Shown in pieces: positions 1 to 7,162 of a stretch of 64,000 nt of DNA (the stretch's first letter is position 1; each line of letters begins with the position of its first letter). Origin of the DNA: a virus. Below the pieces are notes generated by a model that saw nothing but the letters and a program-made list of their open reading frames with translations, did no database searches and had not been told where the DNA came from. The translations under genes were made by a program, and so were the position numbers. The stretch spans positions 1-64,000 of the IMG/VR virus record IMGVR_UViG_3300042988_000510; one strand, given 5' to 3'.

Positions 1-303
1 GTCGGCGGATGACATATAGCTCTCGACCTGGGCCGCATTTTCACTCGGCAGGAGGATGCGGTAGTTGCCCTTGGTCTGCGCCAGATACTTGCCCTCGCGG
101 AGCAAGATTTTCCTGACGTAATCCACCGCCGACAATTCTTGCATGCTCAGTTCCTGGAAGGTGACCATTGGGGCGACCTCCGGGACCTCGATACCGATCA
201 CGCTGCGGACGGCATCTGACGGGATGAATGCGCCATACTGATCCAGCTTATTGCGCCTGAAGTATTCCAGCAGTTCACGTGCTGGGTTCTTTTTGTCAGT
301 CAT
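1..303 (-). CDS. Hypothetical protein (3' truncated by window edge), coupled to the RAMP-like gene
   Basis: ATG at 303 overlaps the end of 296..895; the frame is open to base 1 (MTDKKNPARELLEYFRRNKLDQYGAFIPSDAVRSVIGIEVPEV...). It is missing from the ORF track because there is no stop in the window. Confidence 0.75.
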   Translation of the reverse strand, partial: MTDKKNPARELLEYFRRNKLDQYGAFIPSDAVRSVIGIEVPEVAPMVTFQELSMQELSAVDYVRKILLREGKYLAQTKGNYRILLPSENAAQVESYMSSAD

Positions 304-895
304 GCGTGATCTCCGCTTGTGCGCGGCCGAAGGTCGGGCGGAAATCTCCGAACCCGCCATACATCGCGGCATGCTTGGCAATGTCTGACAGAGATTCTGC
401 GTCGATCAGATTGTCGTCAAACTCGATGGCCGTTTTGAATGACCACTCATGAAATATCGGGGCCGCCTTGACCACGCGGACCTGGCCTTGCTTGAGGGTC
501 AGATTGATGCGGAAGTCAGGATTGCCGACGATATCCTCCGGAGTTTTGACCTTGTCTTTGTCACGGAACATGAGGGGGATTTTGTCCTCGGTGGCGAACA
601 CCGATCCACGCACATCAGCCTTGCTGACTTTGGCTTTCTTGAAGCTGGTCGCGGCAATGGCTGCCATCAGCCAACTGGAAGGCACGTAAATGCCGACACG
701 GTCATCCCAGAAAATCTTGGCTCTGACCTCTATATCCTGCAGGTCCCGGTAATCCTCATCGGTGCGCCGGGTTTTCTTGGCGTTGATCTTCGCCATGGCC
801 TTGGTAAAAGGGTTGAACCTGTCAACCGTCTGCGGATTGTTTTGCAGGAGCGGATTGATGCCGGTGACGGCGATGGTCATTTGTCGGATGGACAT
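296..895 (-). CDS. Stand-alone RAMP/Cas7-like RNA-binding protein (199 aa)
   Basis: RAMP-like motif order: N-terminal strand with 'GINPLL', then 'GIYVPSSWLMAAI' (cf. xIPGSSLKGxxR), 'APIFHEWSF', and a C-terminal glycine-rich loop 'GGFGDFRPTFGR'. Confidence 0.7.
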   Translation of the reverse strand: MSIRQMTIAVTGINPLLQNNPQTVDRFNPFTKAMAKINAKKTRRTDEDYRDLQDIEVRAKIFWDDRVGIYVPSSWLMAAIAATSFKKAKVSKADVRGSVFATEDKIPLMFRDKDKVKTPEDIVGNPDFRINLTLKQGQVRVVKAAPIFHEWSFKTAIEFDDNLIDAESLSDIAKHAAMYGGFGDFRPTFGRAQAEITHD

Positions 896-920
896 GATTG
901 GTTCCTATGGTGTGTTTATT

Positions 921-1328
921 AAACCCGCGTCGATTGTCGGCGCGAGAGTGTGAGGATTGACCCTCGGTTATCGCACTGATTGCCAATGCGATAACCGCGT
1001 TTCATTCAGATTCATTTCGGTGCTCCGCCTTACGTTTCGATGCGATGCGCCGCCTTACGCTGCGCTTGAGGACTGATCCTCGGCATTGCCCACTCAAAGA
1101 ATGAGCAACCCGCGATTCATTCCCATTCGTTGCTATGCTCTGCGATTTGTTGCTGCGCAGTGCGACGCCTTAACTTGCCGTTCCTTGCGATGCGATGCCA
1201 GTCGATGCACCTTGGGGACCGTTCCCCGGTATTACCCACTCGCAAGAATGGGTAACCCGCGTATCGGTCAGGATCGATGCTGTGCGTAGCACGGCATTCC
1301 ACTGATTTCCGGTGCGTTGCAATCCAGA
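921..1328 (-). ncRNA. Putative guide-RNA array: 5-nt-periodic tracts separated by conserved double hairpins
   Basis: Tracts at 996-1065, 1111-1210 and 1258-1327 contain 14, 20 and 14 pentamers. Double hairpins lie at 952-996, 1068-1110 and 1214-1257. Stem mismatches become G-U pairs only on the minus strand. Confidence 0.75.
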
Positions 1329-1334
1329 AAACAC

Positions 1335-1376
1335 ATTCTCTCACTGGCCGTGCCAGAAGTCAATAGCAATGCTATT
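1335..1376 (-). promoter_or_regulatory. Sigma70-like promoter for the array/RAMP operon, with overlapping palindromic operator
   Basis: Minus strand TTGACT(1363-1358)-17 nt-GAGAAT(1340-1335) with a TGn extension; palindrome AATAGCAATGCTATT at 1362-1376. Confidence 0.7.
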
Positions 1377-1378
1377 AC

Positions 1379-2881
1379 CTAAGCCGCTTTTTTATCCATC
1401 CCACCCCGAATTGCCGCCACAGCCTCGATGACCTTCAGTAGTTGGCTTTCGCTCAAGTCATCCAGTTCCGCGACGATCTGTGCGCGAAGTTTGGCTGCGA
1501 CGACGGATGCTTTGACTGGTGTCGGCGTGGTGGCCTCGACGATGCGTTGTTCTTCGTGCTTAACCGCTGCTTTTGCCAATGCGGCCTGTTCCTCTCGGAG
1601 TTTCTGCGCATCGATCCGTTGCTGCTCGGCTGCGACCCGCTGCGTGATCAGACCGGCAAGCGCGTCGGGGTCGTAATGGCAGACCCTGGCGAAGTCATGT
1701 TGGAACAAAAACCAGTTGTCCCCGATGGCTTTGCGGTTGGCCTCGATCCGATCCGCAAGCTCATTAGCCGCGATCTTTTGCTGGGCCAGTTCCGCGTCGA
1801 GCGCATCTCTGGAGCCCTTGATGGATTTCTTGCCTTTGATGACGTCACCGAATGGCACAGCAAGCACCCATGGTCCCCCAAGGCGCCTGTTTAGCGCGTC
1901 AACGTGCTGAGTTAGCTTGTCGTGATATTCGCGCACCAGATCGATCCGGATGCTGTCTTTGCGGGTCTTGACCAGCTTGTCCAGCGTCAGCCGTTTTTGT
2001 CGGGCTTCTTCGCGGATGTCGTCAATCGCCCGGAACAGTTCATCTATGCTGGCCGTCTGGCTCAGTGCATTCTGCTTGGCCGCCTCGAGTCGATCCTCGA
2101 CATCTCGGCACCATCTCACCGTGCGTTCCGCGTCGGCAAAATCCTCATCGGTTTCCAGATCGGTCTTAATGCCATCGAACACTGCCAGCGCGTGGGATTT
2201 AAAGGCATCCAGGTTCGATGCCGTGACCATCCCGGTGACCTCGATGTGCAAGGCCGGAAGTTGGTCGGGTGCGCGGCCGGCGACCGGAGTCGGGGTTTCC
2301 TGGTGCTGGTATTCGGCCAGGTCTTTGGCAAACTGCTTCCAGCCGGCGATGAGCTTTTTCCGCAGTTCCGGCACGCTTTCGTACCATGCGAACAGCATGT
2401 CATCGCGGTTGCCAGATGAAGCCATGAACAGGCACTTCTCAGCCCCTGAGAGGAGCAAAACCTGCTCAAGCTGAGGATGGTATTCCCCCGGGATGACGCC
2501 GCCCCTTAGCGCCTCTCTGAGCTTGTTGTTCAGTGATTTATGCTCGAAGGCGATGTTGCCCATGAGGGTCACGCCGTCGGTCGATGCCGAGAGCGGCATA
2601 CCGTCGATGTCCTTCGCGTGGGTGGCAGGGTAAAGTTCTTCGCCGATGATTTCCTCGGCCCACGGTCGGGCAATCGCCTCGTAGGCGTGGCCCCGATCAA
2701 AGATTTCTTGCTGGGCGTCAGAGACTTCCGGCGCGATGCCGGTAGCCTTCAGTTTTAGCAGGTCCGACCGTGACTTATGGGGGCTGATGTTCAGCATGGC
2801 CGATGCTTCGGAGGCGTTGTAGCTGCTGGCCCGATGCGCATGCCACTCGGGAGACCCTTGGATCAAGTTTTTTTCGCTCAT
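1379..2881 (-). CDS. YqaJ/lambda-exonuclease-family protein with long helical C-terminus
   Basis: 'QGSPEWHAHR', 'ASEAS', 'DRGHAYE', 'SASTDG', 'FEHK', 'YHPQLEQ'; adjacent to bet. Start taken at MSEKN. Confidence 0.85.
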   Translation of the reverse strand: MSEKNLIQGSPEWHAHRASSYNASEASAMLNISPHKSRSDLLKLKATGIAPEVSDAQQEIFDRGHAYEAIARPWAEEIIGEELYPATHAKDIDGMPLSASTDGVTLMGNIAFEHKSLNNKLREALRGGVIPGEYHPQLEQVLLLSGAEKCLFMASSGNRDDMLFAWYESVPELRKKLIAGWKQFAKDLAEYQHQETPTPVAGRAPDQLPALHIEVTGMVTASNLDAFKSHALAVFDGIKTDLETDEDFADAERTVRWCRDVEDRLEAAKQNALSQTASIDELFRAIDDIREEARQKRLTLDKLVKTRKDSIRIDLVREYHDKLTQHVDALNRRLGGPWVLAVPFGDVIKGKKSIKGSRDALDAELAQQKIAANELADRIEANRKAIGDNWFLFQHDFARVCHYDPDALAGLITQRVAAEQQRIDAQKLREEQAALAKAAVKHEEQRIVEATTPTPVKASVVAAKLRAQIVAELDDLSESQLLKVIEAVAAIRGGMDKKAA

Positions 2882-3741
2882 TGCGGTGCTCCGTTTTCGT
2901 AAGATGCAACCCACTCCTCGCTGGCCTGTTCGGCTGGAACCGCCATGGCGTGTATGGCCTCCTGCATGGCTCCGTCGACCACGTATTTGGTCGCCAGCTT
3001 TGCGATGATGCCATCAGCATTGCTGGTGCCGGCGGACAAGGCTTGAAGGATGCGTGGCTTCTGCTTCTCGAGGATTTCGGCGGTCAGTGTCGGCATCTCG
3101 GGTTTCTCGGGCTCTTTGCGGAACTGGCCCTCGATGACGTTATCCTCGCTCAGTGACTTGCCTTCCATTTCATCGGCTGTCGGCTGGGCTCCGACCTCGG
3201 GGAAGGCTTTTCTCAGTGCCTGGGCCTCCGCACATTTACTGACCTGGCCATACGGGCGCTTGGACCACATGGCGTTCGGGGCGATACTCCTTTCTTTGCC
3301 GCCTTTCACGGCGTAGTTCTCTTTCCAGCGTTCGATTGCAGAGAACTCGACGATTTCCCCACTGGGCAGCCGGCGCTTGACCGTCACCTTGCACCAGACC
3401 GGGTAGGTGATTTCCACCCCGCCGATGTTCTCCGTGACGTCGGGTCCGAACTCTGGTTCTGTGACGCCGGCATACTGGCCGGATCGGGCTGCCATCACCC
3501 GGTACGAGCCGACCCCAGGCATGATGACGTCACGCATGCGTCCGGCTTTTGAGTCCCACATGGGGACGATGTGAACCGGCTTTTGCATCGGGTCAAGGCT
3601 GGATGCCTTGCAGTACCCGATGACAAGTTTAATGCTTTCGGTGCTGGCTCCCGGGTAAAGGCTGGACTCCAGCACCGAGAGCAGTTCCTGCTCGCTCATG
3701 GCAAGCGCCGGAATGGCGTCCTGCTTTGTGGCTGCGCTCAT
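2878..3741 (-). CDS. bet: Phage recombination protein Bet/RecT (single-strand annealing)
   Basis: 'YCKASSLDPMQKPVHIVP', 'MWSKRPYGQVSKCAEAQALRKAFP', 'PTADEM'. Confidence 0.9.
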   Translation of the reverse strand: MSAATKQDAIPALAMSEQELLSVLESSLYPGASTESIKLVIGYCKASSLDPMQKPVHIVPMWDSKAGRMRDVIMPGVGSYRVMAARSGQYAGVTEPEFGPDVTENIGGVEITYPVWCKVTVKRRLPSGEIVEFSAIERWKENYAVKGGKERSIAPNAMWSKRPYGQVSKCAEAQALRKAFPEVGAQPTADEMEGKSLSEDNVIEGQFRKEPEKPEMPTLTAEILEKQKPRILQALSAGTSNADGIIAKLATKYVVDGAMQEAIHAMAVPAEQASEEWVASYENGAPQ

Positions 3742-3770
3742 GGCTTTATCTCCTGTTTTGTTGAGGTTTG

Positions 3771-3800
3771 ATTGTACCATAATCTAGTAGCTCTGCTATT
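3771..3800 (-). promoter_or_regulatory. Leftward promoter and operator upstream of bet
   Basis: Minus strand TGGTACAAT extended -10 (3779-3771); operator AGTAGCTCTGCTATT at 3786-3800. Confidence 0.6.
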
Positions 3801-4094
3801 TGCTTTCGGCTAGTTTTTTCCGTAGATCGAACACGGCGCTGGCCAAGGCTTCGGCCAGTTCTGCGTCATTGGCCGGCTGGCATTTCCGGCGGGTTTCCTC
3901 GATCACATGGCGGGTGCCACGGACCTGCTCCATCACATGCTCCTGTGCTGTCATGGCTTTTTCTCGTCTTTGTGGCTTTCGATTTCATCCCAGTCGATAT
4001 CCTCGATGTTGCTTGCCACAATAACCATCCCGATGAGGATGGTAAGGACAAACAGGATGCCGATGATTTGGGTTGCGGTTAGTTCGTGGCTCAC
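3796..4094 (-). CDS. Two small coupled hypothetical proteins (3951..4094, membrane-spanning; 3796..3954)
   Basis: Read by eye: VSHELTATQIIGILFVLTILIGMVIVASN... and MTAQEHVMEQVRGTRH...; overlapping stop/start codons. Confidence 0.5.
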
Positions 4095-4366
4095 GCTGCC
4101 TCCCTATCTTGGTATTCGTTGGCTGCATCCTCGGCAGCATCCTTCTCGCGCTTTTCCATCCAAGCCTCGGCCAGATATTCATCCAGCTTTTTCTTGGCCA
4201 GTTCCGGATGCGTCATCAGCGTGGTGAGCACTTCCTGGGTTTCTTCCTCGCCGATCAGTTTGGCGGTGTACTCGCCATCCAGCCAATCCTGATGCCCGTC
4301 ATCCTCGGATGTTCTCGGGTCTGCCGGATGGTTACGTGCGATCCCATAGTCTTCGTCGTAGCTCAT
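4091..4366 (-). CDS. Hypothetical acidic protein
   Basis: 91 aa, GGAG upstream, overlaps both neighbours, ends in 'EAA' like several phage early genes here. Confidence 0.65.
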   Translation of the reverse strand: MSYDEDYGIARNHPADPRTSEDDGHQDWLDGEYTAKLIGEEETQEVLTTLMTHPELAKKKLDEYLAEAWMEKREKDAAEDAANEYQDREAA

Positions 4367-4578
4367 GATTCCTCCGTCATTTCTTCAAGTCGTTCCGCGA
4401 CGATGCGCAGGGTGCTAATGATTCCTCGAATGAGGTTTTTGTTTACAGGAATCAGTCCCAACTGAGTTGATTTCAGGAATGATGCCGCGCTGTTGATTCG
4501 TGTGACCATGGCGCCAAGCTCCATTTGTCCGGCTATCCCGAGATTCACAGCCACCCCGCTGATCCCAGTACCGCGCAA
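4363..4578 (-). CDS. Hypothetical protein (start uncertain)
   Basis: Lies in the leftward operon; its stop overlaps the next start. Confidence 0.45.
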   Translation of the reverse strand: MRGTGISGVAVNLGIAGQMELGAMVTRINSAASFLKSTQLGLIPVNKNLIRGIISTLRIVAERLEEMTEES

Positions 4579-4718
4579 GCCATCAGCAGGCCGATGGCGG
4601 CGAAGGCCAGGCCGTGCAGGACGGCGCTGAAGATGATGCTGGCCAATGGTGGGATGAGCATTGCTTGTCTGTTCATGTGAGTCTCCAGCCTCCCAGGCGG
4701 GATGCCGGGGTTGGGTAC

Positions 4719-4760
4719 ATGCTATGCCTGCTGGCGGGTCATGTCAATAGCTCTGCTATT
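4719..4760 (-). promoter_or_regulatory. PL-like early promoter with operator
   Basis: TTGACA(4747-4742)-17 nt-TAGCAT(4724-4719); operator AATAGCTCTGCTATT at 4746-4760 overlaps the -35. Confidence 0.75.
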
Positions 4761-4781
4761 AGCTTTAGGCGAGGGCATCCA

Positions 4782-5312
4782 TCAGGATGCCTGGTCGATC
4801 AGTTCGTTCGGCTGGGTCATTTTCGTGAGAATGTTGACCTTGTGCGGGGCCATGCGGTCCAGCACGCTGACCATCGATTGGTAACGGTCGTTGACGGTTT
4901 TGGCGATCTCCTTCTGATCGTGAGGCGCCAAGTTGGTGTACTTGGAGATCATGTCGGCGATTTCCGGTGTCAGGCGGGCGATCAGGTCATGGTATTCGGG
5001 ACCATTGACCGAGGACGTGAGCTTGACCAGCATGGCCTTGAGCCTGGGCGAAAACTCGCCGATGTCGCAGCGCAGGTAGGAGACGAAGGGCAGGGCGGTT
5101 TCGAGGTTCAATGGTCGCTTGCCGTTCAGCAGTTGCTGGACGAAGCCTTGGGTGCCGACGTTGTATTTCTGCGCGAACTGTAACTGGGTCAGTGGGTGCC
5201 GGGTGTTGTGCGTGGCATCGTCCCACAATTTCCGCAGGCGCTTGGCTTCCTCCAGCCGGACGTCCTCGGGGACGTAGCTTTTTTTGGTGCTGATTGGCTT
5301 TTCTTCGGTCAT
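4782..5312 (-). CDS. CI-like XRE helix-turn-helix repressor (no S24 peptidase domain)
   Basis: 'LTQLQFAQKYNVGTQGFVQQLLNGKRPLNLETAL...DIGEFSPRL' parallels the lambda CI N-domain; divergent from the cro-like gene; AGGAGG RBS. Confidence 0.85.
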   Translation of the reverse strand: MTEEKPISTKKSYVPEDVRLEEAKRLRKLWDDATHNTRHPLTQLQFAQKYNVGTQGFVQQLLNGKRPLNLETALPFVSYLRCDIGEFSPRLKAMLVKLTSSVNGPEYHDLIARLTPEIADMISKYTNLAPHDQKEIAKTVNDRYQSMVSVLDRMAPHKVNILTKMTQPNELIDQAS

Positions 5313-5389
5313 GACTGACCTCCTTATGTGAAGGGCGTAAGCATAGCATTAAATAGCTACGCTTTTATCAAGCCCCAGCAAGCTCAGGA

Positions 5390-5446
5390 TTGGCGCGGCT
5401 TCCGTTGAGTGCTATGCTGTGTCATCCGTAACAAAGCATTGCTAGT
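5390..5446 (+). promoter_or_regulatory. PR-like promoter with downstream operator
   Basis: TTGGCG(5390-5395)-17 nt-TATGCT(5413-5418) with TGn; degenerate operator CAAAGCATTGCTAGT at 5432-5446. Confidence 0.55.
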
Positions 5447-5449
5447 GAT

Positions 5450-5698
5450 ATGCCACGAAAAACCTATGACAAGAATCTGATCCTGGAGCGAGCCTGCATG
5501 GATTATGGCGGGCAAGGCGAGGTAGCCAAGGCCCTGGGGGTCACGCAGGGCCTGGTCAATCAATGGGTCTTGGGCCGAACCCGGGTTACCGCTGAACGGG
5601 CGCTGGAACTGGTCAAGCTGTTCAAGTTCAAGATTCGGCCCGAGGACCTGTGCCAGGAGGCCGACTGGGCTGTTGCTCGAAAACTGCCGAAAAAATAA
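5450..5698 (+). CDS. Cro/YdaS-like regulator
   Basis: 'GGQGEVAKALGVTQGLVNQWVLG...RPEDL'; 82 aa, divergent from cI. Confidence 0.85.
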   Translation: MPRKTYDKNLILERACMDYGGQGEVAKALGVTQGLVNQWVLGRTRVTAERALELVKLFKFKIRPEDLCQEADWAVARKLPKK

Positions 5699-5810
5699 AG
5701 GGGTGCAACGATAGCGTTTGCTATCTAAGCAGACGCTAAGATATCCAGCTAGACTGTCTCTCAGGCCGGTATTAATCCGGTGTCAATCAACAAAAAAGCA
5801 AGGTTGACTT

Positions 5811-6305
5811 ATGTACATGCTATCCGTGCCTTTCAACGGCCACCATTTGATCGTGGTCGATCATCAAGGCGAGCCCTGGGCTCCCATCATCCCGCTCTGC
5901 AATGCCATGCAAGCCGATCCCGACAAGGTCAGTGCCTGGACGCAAAAGATGCAGTGCTTTCAGGCCAAGGTTTTGCAGATCCCCATCGTGGATAGGGTCC
6001 GCGAGTTTTTATGCGTCCCGCTGCGCAAGCTGTTCGGCTGGCTGACGCATCTCATGGAGGGTGAGAGGCTCGCTGGCGCCGACGATGTCTTGTATGAAGC
6101 CTGGGCCACCGCTCGGCCGGCGCAGATTCCGGCTGATGGCCGGGTGATGCTAACGATCCGCCAGGGCAAGGTCGATGTCGCGCAACAGGTCCCGGAGGAT
6201 TGGCTTGTGGCTCCGCTCGAGGGGTTCCATCATCTGTCGACCCGGGCCGGTTACCGCGTCACGTCCGATCTGCTGCACGATTTCCTGTATGCCCCTCGGG
6301 TCTGA
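5811..6305 (+). CDS. Antirepressor N-terminal-domain protein (P22 Ant N-like)
   Basis: 'VPFNGHHLIVVDHQGEPWAPIIPLCNAM' and 'CVPLRKLFGWL'. Confidence 0.7.
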   Translation: MYMLSVPFNGHHLIVVDHQGEPWAPIIPLCNAMQADPDKVSAWTQKMQCFQAKVLQIPIVDRVREFLCVPLRKLFGWLTHLMEGERLAGADDVLYEAWATARPAQIPADGRVMLTIRQGKVDVAQQVPEDWLVAPLEGFHHLSTRAGYRVTSDLLHDFLYAPRV

Positions 6306-6489
6306 CTGACCCACATCTTGTGCCTTCGCGCACCGAAAATCCCACATCTTGTGGGTCGTCGGAAGTAGCATTGCTGCTGTTGATTCTGATGAGCAGAAGG
6401 GAGTAATCTGCAGGCTCCAAAAGGACGAAAGGCCCGGGTGACTGAACCACCCGAGCCTCTCTTTCACCTACTGACCACATCTTTGGAGG

Positions 6490-6864
6490 ATGTCAGCGAT
6501 GACGACTGCGAATTCTAACACGGTGCCGTACAAGCACTGCTCCGCGTGCGGGCTGGTTAAACCCAACGACGCATTCCGCTACATCACGCGCAAGCGTGGC
6601 GGGTATCTCTATACCCATTGCCGGGAGTGCGAGCGCGAGTACAACCGCCGTCGAAATGCCGAGCGGAAATTCGGTAACAGCCTGGATGCGCTGATCGAGG
6701 CGGTCGGTACACCACCGTGCGACACGTGCTTCCGGCGTGATCGGTGCGCAAGGGACCCGGTGCCGTGCTGGCGGTTCGACGTGTATGTGGAGGGGGTATC
6801 CATACCCCAAACAAGCGAAAGCCCCGACAGGAGCGAACTGGCGGGGCGTTCTATCAACCTTTGA
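6490..6864 (+). CDS. Cys-rich (zinc-binding) hypothetical protein
   Basis: CSAC...CREC and CDTC...C...C motifs; GGAGG RBS. Confidence 0.65.
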   Translation: MSAMTTANSNTVPYKHCSACGLVKPNDAFRYITRKRGGYLYTHCRECEREYNRRRNAERKFGNSLDALIEAVGTPPCDTCFRRDRCARDPVPCWRFDVYVEGVSIPQTSESPDRSELAGRSINL

Positions 6865-6880
6865 TCGAGTGGAGATCAAG

Positions 6881-7162
6881 ATGACTGGTTCAAATTATAA
6901 CGACGGTGGCCCGCATCTGTATAGGGTCAATGAAAAGCAGTTTCTGCGCGGGTGTGGAATCAAAAAGACGCTGATTCTTTTTATGCACGATGGCGGCGCA
7001 TCGGTTACCCAGGAAAATCATTGGGGGAACGAAGAGGTTTTCCTTTCTCGGGACGACATATTGATGCTCCATGCCCTGGTTCGAACCAGAGAGCGGGCTG
7101 GGGTTTTTGAGGGTTTCTCACTGCCGCCTGTGGATTCATCGCATGCGGAGGGCGGGAGTTGA
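6881..7162 (+). CDS. Hypothetical protein
   Basis: GGAG RBS before ATG 6881; stop overlaps the start of the replication gene. Confidence 0.55.
   Translation: MTGSNYNDGGPHLYRVNEKQFLRGCGIKKTLILFMHDGGASVTQENHWGNEEVFLSRDDILMLHALVRTRERAGVFEGFSLPPVDSSHAEGGS

Noticed and set aside
996-1327. Simple degenerate microsatellite (TGCGA)n
   Set aside because: Variation is concentrated in two positions per unit, the phase is never broken, and the tracts are bounded by conserved hairpins and a promoter; slippage repeats do not behave this way.
921-1328. Canonical CRISPR array next to the Cas7-like gene
   Set aside because: The separators are about 45 nt and only structurally similar, the intervening tracts are 70-100 nt and internally periodic, and no other cas genes are visible.
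1086-1344. ORFs 1086..1289 (+) and 1117..1344 (-)
   Set aside because: No RBS; the Arg/Cys/Ala-rich translations are by-products of the period-5 pattern, which does not fit codon structure.
1362-1376. Operator as a host LexA/SOS box
   Set aside because: It does not match CTGT-N8-ACAG, GAAC-N4-GTTC or GTTC-N7-GTTC; a phage repressor site is more economical, although an unknown host factor is not excluded.
5710-5740. GATAGCGTTTGCTATC after cro as another operator copy
   Set aside because: The spacer is 4 nt rather than 3, so it was not counted; it may be a variant or a different site.
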